A stretch of 64,000 bases of DNA from Eledone cirrhosa (Eukaryota): positions 37,076,001 through 37,140,000 of the forward strand of contig OZ024759.1 of the NCBI GenBank assembly GCA_964016885.1. The letters run 5' to 3'. Within the stretch, counting starts at the first letter, position 1; each line of letters starts with the position of its first letter. The notes under the pieces were generated by a model that saw nothing but the letters and a program-made list of their open reading frames with translations, was not told the DNA's origin and did no database searches. Of the stretch, positions 15,656-30,699 are shown piece after piece. The position numbers were made by a program, and so were the translations under genes.

Positions 15656-16513
15656 CGATATATGTAACCTCAGCATCTTATTTTGTTATATATAAATATA
15701 TATATATATGCACAAACACACACACACATATGTGTGTTTGTTTGCAAAACAACAGCAAATATAGATAAAAGAAATTAGTACCAAAGTCACCAAACATTAT
15801 ATTCACTACGATCACCATCAAGATCGTTATCAACAACCATCAACCCCCTTTTCCTTCGTTTCTTTGTCTCACATTTAGTAAGCTACAAAATAAACTTCCG
15901 CCAAATCTCCATTGATGTTAGATCACATTAAGTATTTAAAGTATCATCTTTTAGTGACCGTCTTCTTTAGTCTCAAGTAAAATGTTGACCGGAAGAATCT
16001 CTCCCTAACACACCATTTAACACCTCTGCTGGTATAAGTCACACTTTCCTTAAGACAAACTACAGCCTAACTTAGTTATATATACTCTATCGTCTGGTTT
16101 TCTTCCATTTTCTCATATCGCCATTGTTTTCTTGTGTTTATCTACATATTTTAAAGTCTCTGTGTGTATATATTATATTAGTGTGTGTATGTATATGTAT
16201 GTGTGTGTGGATATATTATATTAGTGCATGTATGTATATGCATGCATGCATGTGTGTGTATGTATGTGTGTGTATTTTAACGTCTCTGTGTGTATATATT
16301 ATATTAGTGTGTGTGTTTGTGTACATATTTTAACGTCAATGTGTTTATATAGTGTATTAGAGTGTATATATATATATATATACTTTAATCTCTGTGTTTA
16401 TATATTATATTTGTGTGTATATATACATATATATATTAACGTTTGTGTGTTTATATATTTTATTAGTGTGTATATGTATACATTTTAATGTCACTCTTAT
16501 ATATTATATTATA

Positions 16514-16545
<32 letters not shown>

Positions 16546-17191
16546 TTTAACGTACTGTGTTTACATATTATAATAATGTGTGTTAGTGCATTTATATACT
16601 ATAGTAGAGTGTGTGTGTATGTTAGTGTATTTGATTTTGTCTGTGTGTGTTTATGTACATATTTCGACGTCTGTTAATGTATGTAAATGTATATTTGTAT
16701 ATTATATTATTGTGTGTGTTTGTTAGTGTATTTACTTATATGTGTGAGTGAGGGGGATTTTGTATGTATATGTATGTTTGTGTATATGTGGGTGTGTATA
16801 TGTGTTGGTGTGTATAGGTTAGTGTATTTAATTATATGTATGTGTGAGTGTGATCTTGTATGTATATATGTATGTTTTAGTTTGCTTTACATTATTTAAA
16901 TCTGTGTCACAAATCGTATCGTCTGCATCTCTTCCAATTCTCTCGTCTTACGTATTGTTTTCACTGTTTGTTATACATATCTTAATGTGTGTATATACGA
17001 ACATCTATCTGTGTACACATGTGTGTAAATACATACATATATATATGTGTGTGTGTAATACATATGTGTGTATAAAGACATATTTATATATATATATCTG
17101 TATATGTATACTTACATATATGTGTGTAAATACCTATGTGTGTGTGTGTATACATATATGTATGTGTGTATAAATACATAAATGTGTGTGC

Positions 17192-17232
<41 letters not shown>

Positions 17233-17507
17233 GTTTTGTGTATGTAAGTGTTTGCTTAAATATATGTCACAAATGATATCGCCTGCATCTCTTTCATTTC
17301 TTATTTTGCGTATTGTTTTCACTGTGTCTGGGAGAGAAAGGGAGAGATTGAGAGAGAGAGAGAGAGACAGACAGACTGAGAGACGTAGAAGAGGAATGAA
17401 ACAGATAGTCAGACATAGAAGAGCGAGAGAGAGAGAGAGAGACAGTCAGACATATATAAAAGAAGAGAGAGAAAGAGAAATTAAGAGAACTAGAGGGAGA
17501 GAGATTA

Positions 17508-17556
<49 letters not shown>

Positions 17557-18362
17557 CAGACAAAAGAGGAAATAGAGAGATTAACTGAACGAGAGGGAGA
17601 AGAGAGATTAACCGAGAGAGAAAGACATAAAGAGGAATGAGAGAGAGAATGGTGTTGTCTGTGTGTCAGTTTTCTTAAGATCGTAAAAACCTTCAATTTA
17701 TCATCTCGATATTATTGTTATTATTTATATTATTATTTCTCTTGCCGCTTCTCTTTATTCCCCTGTCAATCCTGATCGGGCAATTCTATAAACGGAGACA
17801 ATTCCAGCCGTGACTATATAGTAATTTTTAGGATTATGTCTAGAAATTACATTATCCAATTAGTCATTTTTCTTACTTAAGATGGTAGGGCTGCGGTTTG
17901 TTGGCAGAACGGGGCGGAGCGGGAGTGAGGAGAATTTGGCTGCTATTTCTAGCATGGCTAACGTCCATAAAGAGTCTTCTCTGCTAATTCGTATATATAT
18001 ATATATATATACGAATACCCTAAGTATTGAGTACTCTGGTGCGTTATGGTCCATCTGGTTCCTTACCACAATTCCTTTATTATATATATATATATAGAGA
18101 AAGAGAGAGAGAGAGAGGGGGAGAGAGAGAGAGAGAGATATGCATGTGTATATATATATATATATATATGCATGTATATATATGTATATATATATATGTG
18201 TGTGTGTATGTATATATACATATACATCTTTGTAAATGTGCCTCTCTTTTAATGTGATACAGTGACATACTGCTTGTTTATGTCTTACAATATGGTGTGT
18301 CGTCTGCTTGTCTTCCATTCAGCATCTTCATGTTTTAACGTGCATGTCTGTGCATGGATATA

Positions 18363-18428
<66 letters not shown>

Positions 18429-18601
18429 TGACGACTGAGAGAAAGGAGTACTCAATACCGAAGTAGAGTTTTAATATTTAATATTATTAAGACAAAAAAA
18501 ATGAGCCTTGTTACTCTGGAATGTCGCCTGTTTATCACAGAGTCATCGGACAAGAACTATATACATATATATATATGTATATGTGTACATATACATATAT
18601 C

Positions 18602-18634
<33 letters not shown>

Positions 18635-18760
18635 ACTAGGATGAGAGAGAGAGAGGAGGTGCAGCAGTCCAGCCGTGTACCAATGCAATGAAAATTGTAG
18701 AGGATCTATTTATCATGTTTGGCACGTCTACCTCTAGCTTTAAATGCCACCATATCTGGC

Positions 18761-18830
<70 letters not shown>

Positions 18831-18981
18831 AGATGTGTATGTATATATATATGTATTTATACGCATGTGTGTATTTACATATACATATAAGTAGATGTAG
18901 ATGCATATATATATATATATGTATAGATACACATATGTGTGTATTTCCACACACGCACACAAACATATATATATATACATG

Positions 18982-19020
<39 letters not shown>

Positions 19021-20327
19021 ATATATATATATATATATATATAGTTTTACCTGCTCTAGCTCTTGAGCTGGGGCCATGCACGTTCATTGCCATAAAACGT
19101 GTATGAGAGTGTGTGCATGTTTACACAGAAAAAGAGAGAGCAAAGAATCAGAGGGGGGAGACGGAGAAAGAGTAAAGAATGCGAGAGAGGGAAATTAAGA
19201 GAGAGAGAGAGTCAGTGATTATGTGTGTTTTCTTTTCTTCCTTAACTGGTTTCAATGTTGTGGCTAGAAAGCAAACAAATGGCTGGAGGTCTAATTTAGA
19301 CACAAGGCCAGCCAAGATATTTCGGGGGAAGAACAAAAATTGATTAAATCGACCCTAATATATGACTGGTATTTTATCGAACTCGTCGAGAATTGAACCC
19401 TGAACGTAAAGGGCCGTAACTATATGCCACATAGCATGTTCTCCGACATTCTATCGACTCTGTCTATCCATTTCCCTGAGTAAAATGTTAATAATGGTTT
19501 CTGATTTAGGCATAATTCTATATACCGCAATAACCAATTAAGTTATTGCACCAGTCCACCATTAAACCATACCACCAGACCACCATTACGCCATACCACC
19601 ATTACACCATACCACCATTACACCATACCACCAGACTACCATTTCACCATACCACCATTAAACCAGACTACCAGACCACCAGTCCACCAGACCACCATTA
19701 CACCATACCACCAGTCCACCATTACGCCATACCACTATACCATCATACCACCATTACGCCATACCACCGGACCATAATTAGAACCTGTCCTTCTAGAACC
19801 ACTTCACCAACATCCTACACTAACCAATTAACAGTTATTACACTTCAAACCGATATAACATTGTACTAATTAAACAAATATATGCATTACGTTGTTGTTT
19901 TTAAAATTAATTAATTAATTAATAAGATAATTGATTGATTAACATTGTTTATAAATAAGTTTTCTGGGTTGAATGCGCAGAGGAGGGCGGTCAGGAGGAG
20001 GAGAGGAAATTTAGCTTTTTGGGGCTAAAATTCATTGTGTTTTTATTATTTTTCTTTTAAATAATCGATAATTGTGTGTTTGTTAATTTGCTGATTTTTT
20101 ACTCTGCTTTTTTTTTAAATTTCAATTTTCTTTTCGTCTTATCTCGGGATTATATGTCCGTTGGGGCCCCCCACAAAAAAAAATCTTCTTTTTTTTAAAT
20201 TTAGTTGCTATTGTTGTTATTGTTGTTGTTGTTATTGAGATTTTTTTTTCTTCTCTGATTTCTGTACACACTGATTGACTTCTAACGAGTAAACAAAGAA
20301 TTTAAAAGAAAAACCATCAAAATTAGT

Positions 20328-23300
20328 TAGTTGTGTTGTAGTAGAATCTGTTGTTGTTGTTGTGTTATAGTAGAAGCTGTTGTTGTTGTTGTTGTTGTGT
20401 TGTAGGAGAAGCTGTTGTTGTTGTTGTGTTATAGTAGAAGCTGTTGTTGTAGATGTTGTTATTGTTTTGTTGGGTTTTTTGTAGTTTTATTGGCACTGCT
20501 ATTCTTATTGGTGTTATTTATTTCTTATTCTTGTTCTTCTTGTTATTTTTTAGCCCCTGGTCAGCTCTGACTGAGCAGACATATGATCAAAGGCATACCA
20601 GTACTGACTTTCCACTCTACCCCACCCCACCCCGTCTCCAGCTTACCCACGTTCTTTATTTCCTGGTATTGTGCATCTAAAACTAATCTATCCATCGCGT
20701 CCTTCTCTTTCTCTCTTTTCAAGACGGTTGATACCAGTTGGTAGTCTGAGAAACATTTAGCTGTTATATCTAGCAGGATGACAGACCACGTGGCTCACCG
20801 ATGTTGTGGTTGTCGAAGTGATGAGAGATATGTTCATGAGAAGCTGTGTTGTTCATGCCTTTCTATAATGTATTTTAATGAGTCAAAAGTGATGTGTAAT
20901 TGTAGGAACGTGTAGGAATTGAAACCGTAACGAGCTGGGGACACGTTGACCAATAGTCATTACATTGGGGATATGTTGTTATTGTTGTTGTTTAACCCTA
21001 GGAGGGCAGTAGATTGGCAGTAATCGGTAGAGCATCGGACATCATGCTTTGCAGCATAGAATTACACCCCTTTATGTTCTGAGTTCAAATCCCGTTGAGG
21101 TTAGCTTTGCCTTTCATCCTTACGAGGTCTAAAGTAAAGTACCAGTAACGTACTGGGGTCGATTTAATTAACTTTCCCCATTCCCACAAAAATGATTTGC
21201 CTTCTGCCTAAATCAGCAACCATTATTTAACCCTAGGTCAGTCTCTCATAACTTAACTTATTAGAAAAAGCATTCTAACCGTGGCCAACCAGTCTTTATA
21301 TACTTATAGGTTATATTCACAAATTGTTGTTGTTGTTTAGCCCTAGGTCAGACCTTAATCAAGTAGACTTGACACAAGTCACGACTGTAGCCAACATCTG
21401 GTTGTTTCTAGAGTAATTGTCATTAATGGAGGTAAAGTTAGTAGAATCATCTAACTTCCTTCGTACTTAATAATTATAAGTACGAAGGAAGTTAGACAGA
21501 TAAATAAACTACGCATTAGTGATTAACACTTAGTAGTTTCTCAATCTGCTAGATATAGCAGCCAAATCTCCCCTTAAACCATAAAAGGAGGAACAGTGTG
21601 ATCTTAGATTGAATGTATGCCATAAAATGATAGCCACTACAGCCGAGCCTTGTATAAAGTATGTTTAATTAAGAGTTTACACGGCCGACTTTTAAGCTAA
21701 CTTAATACTGCCAACTTCAAGGAAAATAGGGTGTATTATTTACAGCATATAATGAGCTCTACTAATGGAGGCGCATGGCCTTGTGATAAGAGTGTTGGAC
21801 TGATGGTCATAATGTAGGTTCGATTCCTGGGCTGGGTTGCGTGTTGTGTTCTTGAACAAAACACTTCATTCACGTTGCTCCAGTATACTCGGCTGAATAT
21901 GATTACCAGCAATATCTGGGGGGTTAACCCTGCGATGGACTAGCGTCCTGTCCAGGTGGTTTGGGGTGTTGTACTCTGTCTCTTCACGCCACGAAACCAG
22001 GATAATCTCCCGCCTAACGAGAGTTCTGGCTTAAGATAGATTTAAGAATTAGACTTAGATATAAGCTCTAGAGTCAAGCTTTAACAGTTTCCGTTGTAGA
22101 ATCGAAACGGCGTATTTAGCACTTTGTTGACCGTAGAGCTTGTTTTAAATAATTGTTTCTACTTTTGGCACAAGGCCAGCAATTACCCAGTACATTACTG
22201 GTACTTTATTTTATCGACCCCGTAAGGATGAAAGGCAAAGTTAACCGGGGATGAATTTGAACTCAGAATGGCAAGGGCCGTAACTCTATTCATCAAAGCA
22301 TGGCATCCGACCCTCTACCGATTCCACTGACAATCCACCGCACAGGGTGTCTATGTATGACTTCTTTTGTGAAAGATGAGGCAAGAATGTCGTATCTGTG
22401 GAGTGATATATTCAGAGGAGATACATAGTTGTGTTGTAGTAGAATCTGTTGTTGTTGTTGTTGTGTTATAGTAGAAGCTGTTGTTGTAGATGTTGTTATT
22501 GTTTTGTTGGGTTTTTTGTAGTTTTATTGGCACTGCTATTCTTATTGGTGTTATTTATTTCTTATTCTTGTTCTTCTTGTTATTTTTTAGCCCCTGGTCA
22601 GCTCTGACTGAGCAGACATATGATCAAAGGCATACCAGTACTGACTTTCCACTCTACCCCACCCCACCCCGTCTCCAGCTTACCCACGTTCTTTATTTCC
22701 TGGTATTGTGCATCTAAAACTAATCTATCCATCGCGTCCTTCTCTTTCTCTCTTTTCAAGACGGTTGATACCAGTTGGTAGTCTGAGAAACATTTAGCTG
22801 TTATATCTAGCAGGATGACAGACCACGTGGCTCACCGATGTTGTGGTTGTCGAAGTGATGAGAGATATGTTCATGAGAAGCTGTGTTGTTCATGCCTTTC
22901 TATAATGTATTTTAATGAGTCAAAAGTGATGTGTAATTGTAGGAACGTGTAGGAATTGAAACCGTAACGAGCTGGGGACACGTTGACCAATAGTCATTAC
23001 ATTGGGGATATGTTGTTATTGTTGTTGTTTAACCCTAGGAGGGCAGTAGATTGGCAGTAATCGGTAGAGCATCGGACATCATGCTTTGCAGCATAGAATT
23101 ACACCCCTTTATGTTCTGAGTTCAAATCCCGTTAAGGTTAGCTTTGCCTTTCATCCTTACGAGGTCTAAAGTAAAGTACCAGTAACGTACTGGGGTCGAT
23201 TTAATTAACTTTCCCCATTCCCACAAAAATTATTTGCCTTCTGCCTAAATCAGCAACCATTATTTAACCCTAGGTCAGTCTCTCATAACTTAACTTATTA

Positions 23301-26300
23301 GAAAAAGCATTCTAACCGTGGCCAACCAGTCTTTATATACTTATAGGTTATATTCACAAATTGTTGTTGTTGTTTAGCCCTAGGTCAGACCTTAATCAAG
23401 TAGACTTGACACAAGTCACGACTGTAGCCAACATCTGGTTGTTTCTAGAGTAATTGTCATTAATGGAGGTAAAGTTAGTAGAATCATCTAACTTCCTTCG
23501 TACTTAATAATTATAAGTACGAAGGAAGTTAGACAGATAAATAAACTACGCATTAGTGATTAACACTTAGTAGTTTCTCAATCTGCTAGATATAGCAGCC
23601 AAATCTCCCCTTAAACCATAAAAGGAGGAACAGTGTGATCTTAGATTGAATGTATGCCATAAAATGATAGCCACTACAGCCGAGCCTTGTATAAAGTATG
23701 TTTAATTAAGAGTTTACACGGCCGACTTTTAAGCTAACTTAATACTGCCAACTTCAAGGAAAATAGGGTGTATTATTTACAGCATATAATGAGCTCTACT
23801 AATGGAGGCGCATGGCCTTGTGATAAGAGTGTTGGACTGATGGTCATAATGTAGGTTCGATTCCTGGGCTGGGTTGCGTGTTGTGTTCTTGAACAAAACA
23901 CTTCATTCACGTTGCTCCAGTATACTCGGCTGAATATGATTACCAGCAATATCTGGGGGGTTAACCCTGCGATGGACTAGCGTCCTGTCCAGGTGGTTTG
24001 GGGTGTTGTACTCTGTCTCTTCACGCCACGAAACCAGGATAATCTCCCGCCTAACGAGAGTTCTGGCTTAAGATAGATTTAAGAATTAGACTTAGATATA
24101 AGCTCTAGAGTCAAGCTTTAACAGTTTCCGTTGTAGAATCGAAACGGCGTATTTAGCACTTTGTTGACCGTAGAGCTTGTTTTAAATAATTGTTTCTACT
24201 TTTGGCACAAGGCCAGCAATTACCCAGTACATTACTGGTACTTTATTTTATCGACCCCGTAAGGATGAAAGGCAAAGTTAACCGGGGATGAATTTGAACT
24301 CAGAATGGCAAGGGCCGTAACTCTATTCATCAAAGCATGGCATCCGACCCTCTACCGATTCCACTGACAATCCACCGTACAGGGTGTCTATGTATGACTT
24401 CTTTTGTGAAAGATGAGGCAAGAATGTCGTATCTGTGGAGTGATATATTCAGAGGAGATACATAGTTGTGTTGTAGTAGAATCTGTTGTTGTTGTTGTTG
24501 TGTTATAGTAGAAGCTGTTGTTGTAGATGTTGTTATTGTTTTGTTGGGTTTTTTGTAGTTTTATTGGCACTGCTATTCTTATTGGTGTTATTTATTTCTT
24601 ATTCTTGTTCTTCTTGTTATTTTTTAGCCCCTGGTCAGCTCTGACTGAGCAGACATATGATCAAAGGCATACCAGTACTGACTTTCCACTCTACCCCACC
24701 CCACCCCGTCTCCAGCTTACCCACGTTCTTTATTTCCTGGTATTGTGCATCTAAAACTAATCTATCCATCGCGTCCTTCTCTTTCTCTCTTTTCAAGACG
24801 GTTGATACCAGTTGGTAGTCTGAGAAACATTTAGCTGTTATATCTAGCAGGATGACAGACCACGTGGCTCACCGATGTTGTGGTTGTCGAAGTGATGAGA
24901 GATATGTTCATGAGAAGCTGTGTTGTTCATGCCTTTCTATAATGTATTTTAATGAGTCAAAAGTGATGTGTAATTGTAGGAACGTGTAGGAATTGAAACC
25001 GTAACGAGCTGGGGACACGTTGACCAATAGTCATTACATTGGGGATATGTTGTTATTGTTGTTGTTTAACCCTAGGAGGGCAGTAGATTGGCAGTAATCG
25101 GTAGAGCATCGGACATCATGCTTTGCAGCATAGAATTACACCCCTTTATGTTCTGAGTTCAAATCCCGTTGAGGTTAGCTTTGCCTTTCATCCTTACGAG
25201 GTCTAAAGTAAAGTACCAGTAACGTACTGGGGTCGATTTAATTAACTTTCCCCATTCCCACAAAAATGATTTGCCTTCTGCCTAAATCAGCAACCATTAT
25301 TTAACCCTAGGTCAGTCTCTCATAACTTAACTTATTAGAAAAAGCATTCTAACCGTGGCCAACCAGTCTTTATATACTTATAGGTTATATTCACAAATTG
25401 TTGTTGTTGTTTAGCCCTAGGTCAGACCTTAATCAAGCAGACTTGATACAAGTCACGACTGTAGCCAACATCTGGTTGTTTCTAGAGTAATTGTCATTAA
25501 TGGAGATAAAGTTAGTAGAATCATCTAACTTCCTTCGTACTTAATAATTATAAGTACGAAGGAAGTTAGACAGATAAATAAACTACGCATTAGTGATTAA
25601 CACTTAGTAGTTTCTCAATCTGCTAGATATAGCAGCCAAATCTCCCCTTAAACCATAAAAGGAGGAACAGTGTGATCTTAGATTGAATGTATGCCATAAA
25701 ATGATAGCCACTACAGCCGAGCCTTGTATAAAGTATGTTTAATTAAGAGTTGACATGGCCGACTTTTAAGCTAACTTAACATTGCCAACTTCAAGGAAAA
25801 TAGGGTGTATTATTTCCAGCATATAATGAGCTCTACTAATGGGAGGCGCATGGCCTTGTGATAAGAGTGTTGGACTGACGGTCATAATGTCGGTTCGATT
25901 CCTGGGCTGGATTGCGTGCTGTGTTCTTGAACAAAACACTTCATTCACGTTGCTCCAGTATACTCGGCTGAATATGATTACCAGCAATATCTGGGGGGTT
26001 AACCCTGCGATGGACTAGCGTCGTGTCCAGGTGATTTGGGTTGTTGTACTCTCAGTCTCTTCACGCCACGAAACCAGGATAAGCTCCCGCCTAACGAGAG
26101 TTCTGGCTTAAGATAGATTTAAGAATTAGACTTAGATATAAGCTCTAGAGTCAAGCTTTAACAGTTTCCGTGGTAGAATCGAAACGGCGTATTTAGCAAT
26201 TTGACCGTAGAGCTTGTTTTAAATAATTGTTTCTACTTTTGGCACAAGGCCAGCAATTACCCAGTACATTACTGGTACTTTATTTTATCGACCCCGTAAG

Positions 26301-26499
26301 GATGAAAGGCAGAGTTAACCGGGGATGGATTTGAACTCAGAATGGTAAGGGCCGTAACTCTATTCGTCAAAGCATGGCATCCGACCCTCTACCGATTCCA
26401 CTGACAATCCACCGTACAGGGTGTCTATGTATGACTTCTTTTGTGAAAGATGAGGCAAGAATGTCGTATCTGTGGAGTGATATATTCAGAGGAGATACA
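20328..26499. repeat. Tandem triplication of a ~2.04-kb unit (20328-22425, 22426-24462, 24463-26499)
   Basis: Identical ORFs at 20453/22490/24527 give a period of 2037. Junction ...gaggagataca|tagttgtgttg occurs at 22425/22426 and 24462/24463. Confidence 0.97.
21767..22040 (+). mobile_element. tRNA-derived CORE-type SINE (present in each of the three tandem units)
   Basis: Head ggaggcgcatggcc..gtg, B-box ggttcgattcc, CORE-like tgtgttcttgaacaaaacactt. Related copies at ~28643-28730 and 52520-52760. Confidence 0.75.
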
Positions 26500-26543
26500 C
26501 ATTTACATATATGTCTACACACTCACACACACACACACACAAG

Positions 26544-26600
<57 letters not shown>

Positions 26601-26921
26601 ATAGTTACAAAGGGTGGGGCAAGAAAGTCAAGGGTGGCAGTGATAAGCAGGTTGGGGGAAGAAATGTGTGTTTGACTGTATACTTGTGTGTGAGTGTGTA
26701 AGTGTACTTTGTCTTTGTGAGTATGTGTTTGGCTGCGTGTATCACACACACACAGACACACCCACACACACACATATATATATATTCATATATATATATA
26801 TACTGGGTTATCAACTTTGAAATTGGTAGTGAGGCATATGGTCATATGATCTTTTTCAACAAATTTCATACTTGACGACCTAATATATGTGTGTTTGTAT
26901 GTATGTATATGTGTGTGTATG

Positions 26922-26954
<33 letters not shown>

Positions 26955-27443
26955 ATGTATATTTATATGTGTGTGTGTGTGTATATATATATGTGTGTGT
27001 ATGTATATATATATAAATGTGTGTGTGTGTGTATGTATGTATATATATATATGTGTGTGTATGTGTGTATATATGTATATATATGTGTGTGTATGTATGT
27101 ATACGGGGTGGTGGGGTGTGGTTTTGATATAGAGGTTGACAGGTGGCTATGTTTGCCAGTCAACTCCTTCACTTTATCACCTCATACCCCTCCTCCCAAC
27201 CACCACCCACCACCCACTGTTCACCAAACCATGTCTCGTAATCTCTAAAAGCCATCATCACCATCATGTTATTGTTTGTTCTTACTTATGTTCAATTCCC
27301 ATCCCCTGTCGTGATGTAACACTCTCCTCCTCCTCCTCCCCCGCTTTCTTCCCTTTTATAATATGTCCTTGTAATCTTCTAACCCACCCACCCCATCCAC
27401 CCTAAACCTCGTCCCTTACCCACGTGGTAGAAAAACAAACCGT

Positions 27444-27494
<51 letters not shown>

Positions 27495-28469
27495 AAGTAA
27501 CAGTATTATTATTGTAATTACTACTACTACTACTACTACTACTACCACTACCACCAGTACTACTACTATTACTACTACCACCACCACCACAACTACTACT
27601 ACCACCACCGCCACAACAAACACTACCACCACCACTACTACCACCACCACTACTACCACCACCACCACCACTACTACCACAACTACCCCCACCACTACTA
27701 CTACCACCACTACCACAACTAACACCACCACTACTACTACTACCACCACCACCACTACTACCACCACCACCACCACCACTACTACTACTACTACTCTAAT
27801 CATTATTATTGGTTAGTTTATCAGCTGATTGGTGTTGTTGAAGTTGAAGAGTTAGAAGTATGGAAGGTTATCACCTCCGTAATGGACATTCTCTGTAGGG
27901 TCAACTCCCTCGGGGCAGTTATGGGGGGTGGGGTGGAGGTTCCTGTATGATGTGGGGGGGTGTAGAGACGGTGGAGAGTGGAGGAGGTTGTGGTGATGGT
28001 GGGAGGAGATGTGGAGGGTGGAGAAGGTTCTGGTGATGATATGGGGGGGATGTGGAGGGTGGAGAAGGTTCTGGTGATGATGATGATGATGAGGAGGAGG
28101 AGAGCTTTTTGAAGATGTCTTTTAAAAAGTTCTTTAGTTTTTTGTATCTACTTGTTGATAGATGTGATGGAAGTATTGATGTTGTTGTTGTTGATGGTGG
28201 TGATGATGACGTTAGTGATGGCTGGTGGTAGTTATGGTGATGATGATGATGATGATAGAGGTGGTGGTGGTGATAGAGGTGGTGGTGGTGGTGGTAATTA
28301 TTGCTGTGCATGCAAATATTTATATACACATTTACATATGCATATGTATCGTCAATAGTTTTCAGTATATATATTCAGTATAGTGAGAATATGTATATAT
28401 GGATGGATGTGCGTGTGTGTTATATATACATGTATGTATTTATATATGCAAGTGTGTATGTGTCACTGC

Positions 28470-28501
<32 letters not shown>

Positions 28502-30270
28502 ATATGACTATATATGTGTGTATGTATGACTGCATATGTATGTGTGTGTGTATATATATATATATTACTGTATATATGTGTGAATGTATGACAGCACATA
28601 TGTATGATTGCATATATGTGTGTGTGTGTGAGTGTATTTATGGTCCACAATCATGAGGTTGTAAGTTCAATTCCCGGACCGGTCGATCGATACGTTATGT
28701 CCTTGGACAAGACACTTTATGTCACGTCGCTTCTTCTACCTGGAGTTGCGACCGATAGGTAGTATTAGCAATTATCATTGGAAAGACCAATGGAAACACT
28801 GTTTCCTCGGTCCGATTTGACGAAACACTATCGAATGATATTCCTGGAGTTATAGGAGTGCCATAGTAACATTGTAAACCTGTGGTAGAGCCCTGCTTCA
28901 CCAGCTGATGTCTTCTAGAAAGTGAGTATCAGATAGAAATAGGGTCACCTCGGGTTTCGCTGCTTCTCAGTTGACCTCGACGGGGTTTGAACTCGGGTAG
29001 AAACTAAACACCAAGACATTTTAATCCAACGCCGTAGCGACTCTGTCAGGTCCACCGCCTTATAGAGCCATAACAGTAGTTAACTTTGCCTTTCATCCTT
29101 ACGGGGTCGATAAAATAAAGTACTGGAGTAATTGCTGGCCTTGTGCCCAAAAAGTAGAAACAATTATTTACATAAACAACGGCAGTGGATTGATGGAGTT
29201 GTTAGAGCATTTGACAAATGCTAGCTCCACCACCATCACCACCACCATCACCACTACCACCACCACCATCATCACCACTAATCACTACCATCACCACCAC
29301 CATCATCACCACTACCACCACCATCACCACTACCACCACCATCACCACTAACCACCATCACCACTAACCACTACCATCACCACCACCATCACCACTACCA
29401 CCATCAGCATCCATAACATCACCTCCAACCATAGACCGTCACCACCACTAGAACTACTTTCACGACACTGCCACCACCAATTCTACAACCTCTACCACCT
29501 CTACTACAACCTCTACTACCTACCTTCACCACTACCGCTACTACAACCTCTACTATCTCCACCGCCACCACCACTACAACCTCTACCACCACCACTATCA
29601 CTACCACCACCACTACCACCACCGCCACCACTACCACCAACACCACTACCACCACCACTACCACCAACACCACTACCACCACCACCACTACCACCACCAC
29701 CACCACCACCACCACCACCACCACCACCACCACCACAACTACCACCATCACTACTACCACTACAACCACCACCACCACTACAACCACCACCACCACCACC
29801 ACCACCACCACCACCACCACCACCACCACCACAACTACCACCATCACTACAACCACCACCACCACCACCACTACCACCACCACCAACACCACTACCACCA
29901 CCCCACCACCACCACCACCACCACTACAACCACCACCACCACCACCACCACCACCACTACCACCACTACCACCACCACCACCACAACTACCACCATCACT
30001 ACTACCACTACAACCACCACCACCACCACCACCACCACCACCACCACCACCACCACCACCACCACCACCACTAGTCTGTCAGTCATATTAAAATATCTAC
30101 GTGTCGTAATACCACTGCAAAGGATTCATTAATATAATTTCATCTAAGAACAACAAACTGGAGGGGGGTGGGGAGGGTCAATGACTTCTATTAAATCTGC
30201 TACATCTCTCTCTCTCTCTCTCTCTCTCGCTCTTTCTCTCTCTGTACATCTCTCTCTCTGTACATCTCTC

Positions 30271-30301
<31 letters not shown>

Positions 30302-30356
30302 CTGCCTTTCTCCCCGCTCTACACTCTCTCTCTTTCTCCCTTTCGTTTCGATCTCT

Positions 30357-30414
<58 letters not shown>

Positions 30415-30550
30415 CTGTGTCCTGTTTCAAGCGCCGAAACATCTATGATCCGCTGTAAACAGCTGATGAAGGGCAACTTTTCTTCTCTTGTTTACGTCCC
30501 TATTACCATCTTACAGTTTGTTTACAGTAACCACATAGCCTGCCTCTTTA

Positions 30551-30598
<48 letters not shown>

Positions 30599-30639
30599 CG
30601 AAACATAAGTCAATTGCATGAACTCATAATTCTTTATTT

Positions 30640-30699
30640 ACTGCTATATATATTTCGATGATAGCCATTGAATGGCTATGAATGACCTCATCAGGCAGT
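30640..30699 (-). ncRNA. Type I hammerhead ribozyme motif, intact core
   Basis: Minus strand reads actgc-CTGATGA-ggtcattc atagccatt c aatggctat catc-GAAA-tatatATA-gcagt. Stem I is 5 bp and perfect. Lies in a ~170-bp island between (TA)n tracts. Confidence 0.7.

Noticed and set aside
18715-18760. ATG TTT GGC (MFG) as COE exon 1
   Set aside because: It continues [12 protein letters not shown] into microsatellite, with no KEEP-like motif and no suitable phase-2 donor.
21767-21835. tRNA gene
   Set aside because: A/B boxes are present but there is no intact cloverleaf, and it continues into a SINE body.
20453-24754. Three identical hydrophobic 75-aa ORFs
   Set aside because: They come from T-rich low-complexity sequence in the tandem triplication. 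Their identity reflects the duplication, not coding constraint.
30421-30545. Cluster of three TGTTTAC (Fox) sites plus CAGCTG as an enhancer
   Set aside because: The segment resembles the dispersed repeat at 54490-54600 and 10170-10247 (acagctgatga...), so it is more likely a repeat remnant.
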